A DNA stretch of 64,000 nucleotides from Candidatus Rokuibacteriota bacterium (GTDB taxonomy: Bacteria; Methylomirabilota; Methylomirabilia; Rokubacteriales; CSP1-6), in assembly GCA_003220475.1 (NCBI GenBank), contig QHSO01000004.1, positions 6,163-70,162 on the forward strand, read 5' to 3'. Each line of letters opens with the position of its first letter. Positions within the stretch are counted from its first letter, which is position 1. This document shows, piece by piece, positions 54,232 through 62,164 of this stretch. Both the position numbers and the translations under genes were made by a program. The notes beneath the pieces were generated by a model. It made no database searches, was not told where the DNA came from, and was given only the letters and a program-made list of their open reading frames with translations.

Positions 54232-55854
54232 GTGACCAGCACCGCCCGGCGCGACGCTGGCAGTCTCGAGTCCCACGATCGGCTCGCCGACTGGCTGATC
54301 GCCGTCGTCATCGCGCAGCTCGTCGTCGTCGCCTTCTCCCCGGCGCTCTGGGCCGGCTTCGTGCTGTGGGACGACGACGCGTACTTCCTCCACAATCCGT
54401 ATTACCGCGGCCTCGGCCCCGCACAGCTGCGCTGGATGTTCACGGTCATGTCCGGCCACTACATGCCGCTGACCTGGCTGACGCACGGGCTCGACTACGT
54501 GCTGTGGGGCATGCGCCCGGCCGGCTATCACGCCGTCAACGTGGGGCTGCACGCGCTCGCGGCGGTGATCGCGTATTTCGTCGCGCGCCGCGTCCTGGCC
54601 GCGGCCGTGGGACCGGTCCAGGCGGGCGCCCTGCGCGCCGGCGCCGCCGTGGCGGCGCTGATCTTTGCCGTGCACCCGTTGCGCGTGGAGTCCGTGGCGT
54701 GGATCACCGAGCGGCGCGACGTGCTCTGCGGCGTCTTCTTCCTTCTCGCAGTGCTGTGCTACCTGCGCGCGCTCGACAGCGGCGCGCGGCGGCGCTGGTA
54801 CTGGTTGGCGGTCGCCCTGGCCGCGCTCGCGCTGGCGTCGAAAGCGATGGCGGTCACGCTGCCGGCGGTGCTGCTGCTGCTCGACGTCTATCCGCTCGGC
54901 CGTCTCGGCCCCGGCCGCTGGCTGCGCCGCGACGTGTGGCTCGAGAAGCTTCCGTTCGCGCTGCTGAGCGCGGCGGCCGCGATACTCGCCATCGTCGCCC
55001 AGCGCTCCGTCGGCACACTGAGCGATCTGCGCGACGTCGGCATCGCCGAGCGGCTCGGGCTGGCGGCCTATGGGCTCGTCTTCTATGTATGGAAGACGCT
55101 GGTGCCGACGGGGCTCGCGCCGCTCTACGAGACGCCGTACGACGGGGCGACGCTGACGCCGTGGTTCGCGGCGAGCGCCGTCATCGTGGCCGCGGGCGCG
55201 GTCGCGCTCGTGCGTGTGCGCCGCCGCTGGCCCGGCGTGACAGCCGCCGGCGCCGCGTTCGTCGTGCTCCTGCTCCCGGTTCTCGGCCTGCTGCACTTCG
55301 GCCTGCACATCGTCGCCGATCGCAACACGTACTTCGCCGGGCTCGTCCTCGCGCTGCTCGCGGGCGCCGCCGTGCTCCGCGTGCTGCACGGTGTACAGTC
55401 CCCAATGGCCGCCCGGGCCACCGGCGCCGCCGCGCTCGTGGTCATCGTCCTTCTCGGCGTGCTCACGTGGCGGCAGAGCGGAGTCTGGCGCGACTCACGA
55501 ACGCTGTGGACTCACGCGGTCGCGGTGAGCCCGTCGTCGGTCGCCCACGCCAAGCTCGGCGTGCTGCTCGATGCCGAGGGGCGGACGGAGGAGGCAATCG
55601 GGCATTTCCGCGAGGCAGTGCGGCTGCGGCCGGATAGCGCCTACGCCGAGAACAACTGGGGCATCGCGCTCGGCAACGTCTGGCGCTTCGACGAGGCCGT
55701 CGCGCACTTCGAGGCGGCGATACGCGCCGAGCCCACGTATGCCGAGGCGCACAGGAATCTGCAGCTGACCCGCGAGCGCCTCGCCAACCCGCTCGGCTAC
55801 CTCGCCGCGCAGCGCGCGAGGCGCGAGCGCCTCACGCGCGGGATCGCGCGCTGA
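54232..55854 (+). CDS. GT39/PMT-like polytopic membrane protein with C-terminal TPR repeats (TMTC/DUF1736-like)
   Basis: The product is 540 aa. It has about 10 TM helices with FAVHPLRVESVAWITERRDVL, followed by TPR repeats (AIGHFREAVRLRPDSAYAENNWG...). Confidence 0.8.
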   Translation: MTSTARRDAGSLESHDRLADWLIAVVIAQLVVVAFSPALWAGFVLWDDDAYFLHNPYYRGLGPAQLRWMFTVMSGHYMPLTWLTHGLDYVLWGMRPAGYHAVNVGLHALAAVIAYFVARRVLAAAVGPVQAGALRAGAAVAALIFAVHPLRVESVAWITERRDVLCGVFFLLAVLCYLRALDSGARRRWYWLAVALAALALASKAMAVTLPAVLLLLDVYPLGRLGPGRWLRRDVWLEKLPFALLSAAAAILAIVAQRSVGTLSDLRDVGIAERLGLAAYGLVFYVWKTLVPTGLAPLYETPYDGATLTPWFAASAVIVAAGAVALVRVRRRWPGVTAAGAAFVVLLLPVLGLLHFGLHIVADRNTYFAGLVLALLAGAAVLRVLHGVQSPMAARATGAAALVVIVLLGVLTWRQSGVWRDSRTLWTHAVAVSPSSVAHAKLGVLLDAEGRTEEAIGHFREAVRLRPDSAYAENNWGIALGNVWRFDEAVAHFEAAIRAEPTYAEAHRNLQLTRERLANPLGYLAAQRARRERLTRGIAR

Positions 55855-55866
55855 GCCGCCCCGCGC

Positions 55867-56313
55867 CTACTCGGGTCGAAAGCTCTGCGTGCCGATCCAG
55901 CCGGTTTCCGATACGTCGACCGTGACGCCGTCGGGGCCGGTGTACTTGACCTCCACGTTGCCGTAGCGCTTGGCCCCGCTCTCGGCATGCCCACCCACGC
56001 CGAGCGCCTCGTTGATGTCGTCGCGGCGCGGCGCGTTGGCGGCGGCGAGCCGCTCGCTGGTGTCGTCGAGGTCGTCGACCTGGAAGCCGAAGTGATGGAT
56101 GCCCGACCAGTCCTTGCCGCGCTCGACGCCGGCGACCTTGTCGTTCTTGAACTTGAGGATGGCGAGGTTGATCTCGCCGTCCGTGAGGTAGTAGCCGCTG
56201 GTGTTGGGATTGTCGATGCGGCCGACCTGCTTCAACCCGAACACGTCGACATAGAACTTGGCGGTCGCGTCGGGATCCTGCGTGGACAGCGCGATGTGCT
56301 TGATCTTCGCCAT
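55867..56313 (-). CDS. VOC (glyoxalase) family protein
   Basis: ATG 56313 follows AGGAGG and gives 148 aa. Motifs are IKHIALSTQDPDATAKFY and HHFGFQVDD. Confidence 0.85.
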   Translation of the reverse strand: MAKIKHIALSTQDPDATAKFYVDVFGLKQVGRIDNPNTSGYYLTDGEINLAILKFKNDKVAGVERGKDWSGIHHFGFQVDDLDDTSERLAAANAPRRDDINEALGVGGHAESGAKRYGNVEVKYTGPDGVTVDVSETGWIGTQSFRPE

Positions 56314-56403
56314 GGGGCCTCCTGGGATCTGGCGCCTAGCATACCGCCGTCGGGTCGATCGTGTAGAGTGTCCCGACCGGGGCGGCAAGGGGAGGGCAGG
56401 CTG

Positions 56404-57594
56404 ATGGCTGACATCCAGTTCAACCCGATGGATCCGGAGTTCGTGGCGGATCCCTACCCGATGTACCACCGTCTGCGTACCGACGATCCCGTGCACCATA
56501 GCGCGCTCGGGTTCTGGGTGCTGACGCGGTACGACGACGTGGTGGCGGCGCTGCGCGATCCGCGCCTGGCCAAGGAAGCGATCGCCTCGTTCGTGGCCGC
56601 ACGCTTCGGCGCGCCCGTGCCGGCGATGGGGCTGTCGATGCTCGACCGCGATCCGCCGGACCACACCCGGCTGCGCGGGCTCGTCAGCAAGGCCTTCACC
56701 CCGCGCGTGGTCGAGGGGCTACGGCCGCGCATCCAGCAGATCGTCGACGGCCTGCTCGACGGCGTGACCGCGCGCGGGTCGATGGACCTGATCGAAGAGT
56801 TCGCCTATCCGATTCCCGTCATCGTCATCTGCGAGATGCTCGGCGTGCCGGTCGAGGACCACGAGCGCTTCAAGGGCTGGAGCCTCGACATCGCGCGCGG
56901 TCTCGACCTGATCTGGCTCGGTCCCGAGTCCGAGGTGGGGCGCCGCAGCGTCGCGGCGCGGCAGTCACTGGCCGAGTACTTCCGCGGCCTCATCGCGCAG
57001 CGCCGCGCGGCACCGCGCGGCGATCTGCTCTCGGGCTTGATCGCCGCCGAGGAGGCCGGTGACAAGCTCAACGAGGTCGAGCTGCTCGCCACGTGCATCC
57101 TGCTGCTGATCGCCGGCCACGAGACTACCGTCAACCTGATCGGCAACGGCACGCTCGCGCTGCTGCGCCATCGCGATCAGCTGCAGCGCCTGCAGCGCGA
57201 TCCGGGACTCACCGCCAGCGCGATCGAGGAGCTGCTGCGCTTCGACGGGCCCGTGCAGCGGACGGCGCGCATTCCGAGCGAGGACATCGTCATCGGCGGC
57301 CGCACCATCGCGAAGGGCGAGATGGTGATGCCGTTCATCGGCGCCGCCGACCGCGACCCCGTGCAGTTCCCCGATCCCGATCGGCTCGACATCGGTCGCG
57401 CCGACAACCGGCACATCGCCTTCGGCTGGGGCATCCATTTCTGCCTGGGCGCGCCGCTGGCGCGCATCGAGGGACAGATCGCGATCAGCACGCTCGTGCG
57501 CCGCATGCCGAAGCTCGAGCTGGCGACCGCGCAGCCGGAGTACCGCCAGAGCCTCACGCTGCGCGGCTTGAAGGCACTGCCGGTGAGGTTCTGA
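56404..57594 (+). CDS. cytochrome P450
   Basis: It starts at ATG 56404. It has the I-helix AGHETT, EELLR (ExxR) and the heme loop FGWGIHFCLGAPLAR. Confidence 0.92.
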   Translation: MADIQFNPMDPEFVADPYPMYHRLRTDDPVHHSALGFWVLTRYDDVVAALRDPRLAKEAIASFVAARFGAPVPAMGLSMLDRDPPDHTRLRGLVSKAFTPRVVEGLRPRIQQIVDGLLDGVTARGSMDLIEEFAYPIPVIVICEMLGVPVEDHERFKGWSLDIARGLDLIWLGPESEVGRRSVAARQSLAEYFRGLIAQRRAAPRGDLLSGLIAAEEAGDKLNEVELLATCILLLIAGHETTVNLIGNGTLALLRHRDQLQRLQRDPGLTASAIEELLRFDGPVQRTARIPSEDIVIGGRTIAKGEMVMPFIGAADRDPVQFPDPDRLDIGRADNRHIAFGWGIHFCLGAPLARIEGQIAISTLVRRMPKLELATAQPEYRQSLTLRGLKALPVRF

Positions 57595-57604
57595 CCGGCC
57601 GGCG

Positions 57605-57620
57605 CTTCACACTTCTTAAC
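57605..57620 (+). promoter_or_regulatory. OmpR/CpxR-type direct-repeat box candidate
   Basis: cTTCACacttcTTAAC lies 38 nt upstream of ATG 57658. The 13-mer cttcacacttctt recurs at 59784-59796. The complement GTTAA-N5-GTGAA resembles the CpxR box GTAAA-N5-GTAAA. Confidence 0.4.
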
Positions 57621-57657
57621 CGTCCGTGACGTGCGGCTCCCGCGTTCCGGGTGTTCA

Positions 57658-58404
57658 ATGGGACACGTGGGATCGCCCAGCGCCCCGAGCGCGGTCACGC
57701 GCGTCCTCCTCGTGGACGACGACGCCGAGCTGGCCGAGCTCGTAGGCGAATACCTCGCGCGCGAGGGATTCGCGCTCGAGGCCGAGGTGGACGGCACGCG
57801 CGCCATCGACCGCGCCGTCGCCGGCGATCACCAGCTCGTCGTGCTCGACGTGATGCTGCCCGGCGTGAACGGCTTCGACGTCCTGCGCTCCATCCGCGCG
57901 AGCTCGCACATCCCGGTGCTGATGCTCACCGCGCGCGGCGACGAGGTCGATCGCATCGTGGGGCTCGAGCTCGGCGCGGACGATTACCTGTCCAAGCCGT
58001 TCAATCCCCGCGAGCTCGTCGCGCGCATCCGCGCGGTGCTGCGCCGCACGCAGCCGGAGACGCGGGTGGCCGGCGAGCGCGCCGACCGGCTCACGGTGGA
58101 CGACGTCGTCGTCGACCTCGGCCGGCGCCTCGTGCGCCGCGGCGGCGCCGCCGTCGAGCTCACCGCCGTGGAGTTCGCGCTGCTCGAGCTGCTGATGCGC
58201 GCGGCCGGCACCGTCGTGCGGCGCGACGACCTCGCGCGCGGCGCGCTCGGCCGCAACCTGCTGCCCTTCGACCGCAGCATCGACGTCCACGTCAGCCGCA
58301 TGCGCAAGAAGCTCGGCCCGCGCCCGGACGGCGGTGAGCGGATCACGACGCTGCGGGCGGTGGGCTACCTCTATACGCGCGCCGGCGAGCCGAGCGGAGG
58401 CTGA
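57658..58404 (+). CDS. OmpR/PhoB-family response regulator (CpxR-like)
   Basis: It has a receiver domain (VLLVDDD, LVVLDVMLPG, KPF) plus a winged-helix output domain (LTAVEFALLELL ... LRAVGYLY). Confidence 0.9.
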   Translation: MGHVGSPSAPSAVTRVLLVDDDAELAELVGEYLAREGFALEAEVDGTRAIDRAVAGDHQLVVLDVMLPGVNGFDVLRSIRASSHIPVLMLTARGDEVDRIVGLELGADDYLSKPFNPRELVARIRAVLRRTQPETRVAGERADRLTVDDVVVDLGRRLVRRGGAAVELTAVEFALLELLMRAAGTVVRRDDLARGALGRNLLPFDRSIDVHVSRMRKKLGPRPDGGERITTLRAVGYLYTRAGEPSGG

Positions 58405-58406
58405 GC

Positions 58407-59771
58407 GTGCGCGGCGTCTTCGTCAAGATCCTCCTCTGGTTCTGGACGTCGCTCGTGCTCGTTGCGCTGGCGCTCGAGCTCGCGATCACCGCGACGACGA
58501 CGCCGGTCGAGGTGCGCATCGCGCGCTTCAGCGACAGCGTGCTCAGCGGCCGCGCGCGCGAGGCGGTGGCGATCCTCGATCGCGACGGACCGGCGGGCGT
58601 CGCGCGGTTTCTGGACCAGCTGGAGCGCACCACGCACGTCCACGCGCGGCTGCTCGATGCCGACGGCCGCGACGTCGCCGGACGCGTGGTCCCGCCCCGC
58701 GCGATCGCGGTGGCGGCGCGCGCGCTGGACACCGGTCAGACGGAGATGGAGGCCGACGGGCAAGCGGCGGTCAAGGCACGCGCGGTGGCGGTCAGCGGCG
58801 GCCGCCGCTACGTTCTCGTCGCGGCGGTGCCCGTCGGTATCACGCGGCTCCTGCACGATGGACCCGTCGCCCAGCTCCTGCGACTGCTCGCCGTCATGGT
58901 GACGGCGGCCGCCGCCTGCTATGGCCTGGCCCGGTACGTGACGCGCCCGCTGGCGATCCTGCGCGGCGCCACGCGCGCGCTGGCCCGCGGCGATCTCGCC
59001 GTGCGCGTGGGATCCACGATGGGCCGCGGCGCCGACGAGTTCGCGGAGCTCGGCCGCGACTTCGATCGCATGGCCGGGCGCCTCGACGCGCTGGTCACCG
59101 CGGAGCGCCGGCTGCTGCGCGACATCTCGCACGAGCTGCGCTCGCCGCTGGCGCGTCTGAACGTCGCGCTCGGCCTCGCGCGACAGCGCGCGGGAGACGA
59201 CCAGGGCGCGCTCGACCGCATCGAGCGCGAGGCCGATCGTCTCAACTCGCTCATCGGTCAGCTCCTGATGCTGGCGCGGATGGAAAGCGGCACCACGAGC
59301 GCCGTGCGCGAGACGATCGATCTCATCGCCATCGTGCACGAGGTCGTCGAGGACGCCGCCTTCGAGGCCAAGAGCCGTGGGCGCGCCGTGCAGCTCACCG
59401 AGACGTGCGACGCGCTCGTCCGCGGCGATCCCGAGCTGCTTCGCAGCGCCGTGGAGAACGTCGTCCGCAACGCGGTCCGCCACACGCGCGAGGGAACCGC
59501 GGTGGAGGTGAGTCTGCGCCGCGAGGGTGCGGCCGGCGTGCGGATCCGGGTGCGCGACCACGGCAGCGGCGTCCCCGAGGCGGCGCTGCCCTACATCTTC
59601 CAGCCGTTTTACCGCGTCGGCGACGCCCGCGAGCGGGGGACCGGCGGCGTCGGCCTGGGGCTGACCATCGCGCACCGGACCCTCAAGCTGCACGACGGCA
59701 CGGTCCGTGCCGCCAACGTCGCGGGCGGCGGCCTGGTCGTCGAGCTGACGCTGCCCGCCCTGCAGATCTAG
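58407..59771 (+). CDS. sensor histidine kinase (periplasmic loop-HAMP-HisKA-HATPase; CpxA/EnvZ-like)
   Basis: GTG 58407 lies 2 nt after the RR stop. It has two TM helices, the H-box SHELRSPL, the N-box NVVRNAVRHT, and G-boxes DHGSGV and GGVGLGL. Confidence 0.9.
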   Translation: MRGVFVKILLWFWTSLVLVALALELAITATTTPVEVRIARFSDSVLSGRAREAVAILDRDGPAGVARFLDQLERTTHVHARLLDADGRDVAGRVVPPRAIAVAARALDTGQTEMEADGQAAVKARAVAVSGGRRYVLVAAVPVGITRLLHDGPVAQLLRLLAVMVTAAAACYGLARYVTRPLAILRGATRALARGDLAVRVGSTMGRGADEFAELGRDFDRMAGRLDALVTAERRLLRDISHELRSPLARLNVALGLARQRAGDDQGALDRIEREADRLNSLIGQLLMLARMESGTTSAVRETIDLIAIVHEVVEDAAFEAKSRGRAVQLTETCDALVRGDPELLRSAVENVVRNAVRHTREGTAVEVSLRREGAAGVRIRVRDHGSGVPEAALPYIFQPFYRVGDARERGTGGVGLGLTIAHRTLKLHDGTVRAANVAGGGLVVELTLPALQI

Positions 59772-59780
59772 CCGCCCCCG

Positions 59781-59810
59781 TAACTTCACACTTCTTGTCG
59801 AACTCTTAAC
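59781..59810 (+). promoter_or_regulatory. OmpR/CpxR-type direct-repeat box candidate (three phased pentamers)
   Basis: taacTTCACacttcTTGTCgaactcTTAAC has pentamers phased at 10 and 11 bp. It is flanked by cccccg / cggggg and lies 49 nt upstream of ATG 59859. Confidence 0.4.
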
Positions 59811-59858
59811 TGCGGGGGTCCTCCTCGCCCGGTACACCGGAAGTGAGGAGGAGCGCTG

Positions 59859-60203
59859 ATGCTGATGCTCAGGAGAGATCGATTCCTTCGACTCGTGATG
59901 GTCGTGTCGGCCACGGCGGTGCTCGGCGCGCCCGTGATCGCGTCGGCCCAAACCCCGGCGGCGGGATCTGCGGCGACCGAGGGGGACGTCTGTATCTACT
60001 TGCAGGGCAAAACCGACACGCCCGAGATCGGCCCGCTGCCGTGCGACACGTCGCGCCGCTACATGATCGGGCGGTCCGGGTTCGGCAGCTCGCGGATTCC
60101 TGCCGACTCGACCTCGACCGATTCGTCGGAGCCCGACGGCACGTCCGCGTCGCCGTCGAGCGATGCGAACTCGGATCGGTCCATCGATACCGAAGCACCG
60201 TGA
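59859..60203 (+). CDS. small secreted protein, unknown function
   Basis: ATG 59859 follows GAGGAGGAG. The signal peptide is FLRLVMVVSATAVLGAPVIASA. The product has two Cys and a Ser/Asp-rich tail. Confidence 0.5.
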   Translation: MLMLRRDRFLRLVMVVSATAVLGAPVIASAQTPAAGSAATEGDVCIYLQGKTDTPEIGPLPCDTSRRYMIGRSGFGSSRIPADSTSTDSSEPDGTSASPSSDANSDRSIDTEAP

Positions 60204-60224
60204 GCGAGTGACGGAGCACGAGGC

Positions 60225-60542
60225 ATGAGCATGCGGCCGCTCATCCGCGTCGCGATCAGCGCCATCGTCGTCGCCATCGCGGGCGTCGCCGGCGCGGCGG
60301 CACCGGAGCCCGATTATCGCGGCCAGGCGATCGGCACCATCCGGTCGATCGATCGCACGCACCAGACGGTCACGATGGGTGATGGCCTGCGCCTTCGCGC
60401 CGCCGACGCGCAGATGCTGGAGGAGTTGCAGGAAGGCGAGCTGGTGAAGCTGGAGTTCGTCCACGAGCGCGACGGCTGGCTCATCCGGAGCATCGAGGCG
60501 GCCGACGCGGGCGGCGAGCCGTCGGACACGGAGGCTGAATGA
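60225..60542 (+). CDS. small periplasmic protein (DUF1344-like single beta domain)
   Basis: It has a signal peptide. The core GTIRSIDRTHQTVTMGDGLRL...GELVKLEFVHERDGWLIRSIE resembles DUF1344 (recalled). Confidence 0.5.
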   Translation: MSMRPLIRVAISAIVVAIAGVAGAAAPEPDYRGQAIGTIRSIDRTHQTVTMGDGLRLRAADAQMLEELQEGELVKLEFVHERDGWLIRSIEAADAGGEPSDTEAE

Positions 60543-60979
60543 ACAGGGAGGATGACCAAACGATGAACGGGTTGCCAGGGGCGCGACTTCGGCGCGTGAC
60601 GGAATTCATCGACGACAACCTTGCCCGGGCGCTGCCGCTCGCCGACCTCAGTGCCGAGGCGCACATGAGCCAGTATCACTTCGCCCGGCTGTTCAAGGAG
60701 AGCACCGGGCTGCCGCCGCACCGCTTCGTCGTGCAGCGGCGCATCGAGCGTGCCTGCGAGCTTCTGGCCGCGGGGCAGATGTCGATCGATGCCATCGCGC
60801 GCGCGGTCGGCTTTCGCACGCGCAGCCACTTCTCGATGATGTTCCATCGGCTGACCGGCAATCCGCCGACCGCGTATCGCGCGTTCGCGGCGTTGCGAAA
60901 AACCGGCGGCGACGTACACGAGCCCCCTGCCGAGAACGGCGGGGCCCACGGTCACAACGAGGCCGTGCAAGGGAGGTGA
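60539..60979 (+). CDS. AraC-family transcriptional regulator (HTH domain only)
   Basis: ATG 60539 overlaps the upstream stop (ATGA). The AraC HTH is present: AHMSQYHFARLFKESTGLPPHRF ... GFRTRSHFSMMFHRLTGNPP. Confidence 0.85.
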   Translation: MNREDDQTMNGLPGARLRRVTEFIDDNLARALPLADLSAEAHMSQYHFARLFKESTGLPPHRFVVQRRIERACELLAAGQMSIDAIARAVGFRTRSHFSMMFHRLTGNPPTAYRAFAALRKTGGDVHEPPAENGGAHGHNEAVQGR

Positions 60980-60981
60980 GA

Positions 60982-61002
60982 GGCGGGGCACCTTCCCCCG
61001 CC
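60982..61002 (+). terminator. GC hairpin after araC-like gene (no U-tract)
   Basis: The 7-bp stem is ggcgggg / ccccgcc with loop caccttc, starting 3 nt after the stop. Confidence 0.25.
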
Positions 61003-61037
61003 CCGCCCTCGCGGCGGCGGTGTAGCATACGCGGGCC

Positions 61038-62114
61038 ATGAAGATCACCCGCGTCGAGACGCAGGTCGTGACGCTGCCGATGGTCATCACGGGCGCGACG
61101 CCGCGACTGCGCGATCGCGCGGTGACCAGCATCGACGTCCTCCTCGTGCGGATCGACACCGACGAGGGCATCAGCGGGTGGGGCGAGTCGTTCGGTCATC
61201 GCATCTTCCCCGCGACGCGCGCGGCCATCGACACCGTGCTCGGCCCGATGTGCGTGGGCCGGGAGGCGACGCAGATCGCGGCGATCCACGACGACCTGCA
61301 GCGGCTGCTGCACGGCATCGGACGCAACGGGCCGACGATCTACGCGCTCTCCGGCATCGACATCGCGCTCTGGGACATCGCGGGCAAAGTCGCGGGGCTG
61401 CCGCTCTACCGGCTGCTCGGCGGCGGCCCGCGCGCGGACCTGCCGGCGTACGCGAGCCTGCTGCGCTACGGCGACGCGAAGGCCGTCGCGTTCTATACCG
61501 AGCAGGCGCTCAAGCGCGGCTATCGCGACATCAAGCTGCACGAGATCACGCTGCCCGAGGTGAAGGCGGCGCGCGACGTGGCCGGCGCCGGCGCGCGCAT
61601 CATGCTCGACACCAACTGTCCGTGGACCGTCGTCGAGGCCGTCGAGATGGCGCGGCGGCTGGCGCCGCTCGACCTGCGCTGGCTGGAGGAGCCGGTGTTT
61701 CCGCCGGAAAATGTCGAGGGGCTCGCGCTCGTGCGCCAGCGCGGCGGCATTCCGACGGCGGCCGGCGAGAACTACGGCACCGTGTGGGACTTTCGCCGCG
61801 CGTTCGAGGCCGGCGCCCTGGACTACGCGCAGCCGAGCGTCACCAAGATCGGCGGCGTGACCGAGCTGCGGCGCGTGACGACGCTGGCCGAGACGTTCGG
61901 CGTCACGGTGGTGCCGCATTCCGCGTACTTCGGCCCGGGCCTGCTGGCCTCGATCCACTGCATCGCAGCCATGCCGGGCGAGACGCTCGTGGAGCGCTTC
62001 TACTGCGATTTCGCCGAGAATCCGCTCGGCGCCGCGATCGATCCGGTCAACGGACGGATCGCGGTGCCGCAGGGACCGGGACTCGGCGTGGACCCCGATC
62101 TGCGCATGCTGTAG
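61038..62114 (+). CDS. mandelate racemase/muconate lactonizing enzyme family (enolase superfamily)
   Basis: The product is 358 aa. Motifs are DIALWDIAGK, IMLDTNC, LEEP and AAGEN (metal ligands). Confidence 0.9.
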   Translation: MKITRVETQVVTLPMVITGATPRLRDRAVTSIDVLLVRIDTDEGISGWGESFGHRIFPATRAAIDTVLGPMCVGREATQIAAIHDDLQRLLHGIGRNGPTIYALSGIDIALWDIAGKVAGLPLYRLLGGGPRADLPAYASLLRYGDAKAVAFYTEQALKRGYRDIKLHEITLPEVKAARDVAGAGARIMLDTNCPWTVVEAVEMARRLAPLDLRWLEEPVFPPENVEGLALVRQRGGIPTAAGENYGTVWDFRRAFEAGALDYAQPSVTKIGGVTELRRVTTLAETFGVTVVPHSAYFGPGLLASIHCIAAMPGETLVERFYCDFAENPLGAAIDPVNGRIAVPQGPGLGVDPDLRML

Positions 62115-62164
62115 ACTCGCGCACTCACAGACGCCCAACGATGCGCTCGCGGAGGTTGGCCCCC

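Noticed and set aside
59775-59818. cccccg ... cggggg inverted repeat after the kinase gene as a terminator.
   Set aside because: The 6-bp stem encloses a 32-nt AT-rich loop and has no U-tract. The loop is better explained as the regulator-binding/promoter region for the next gene.
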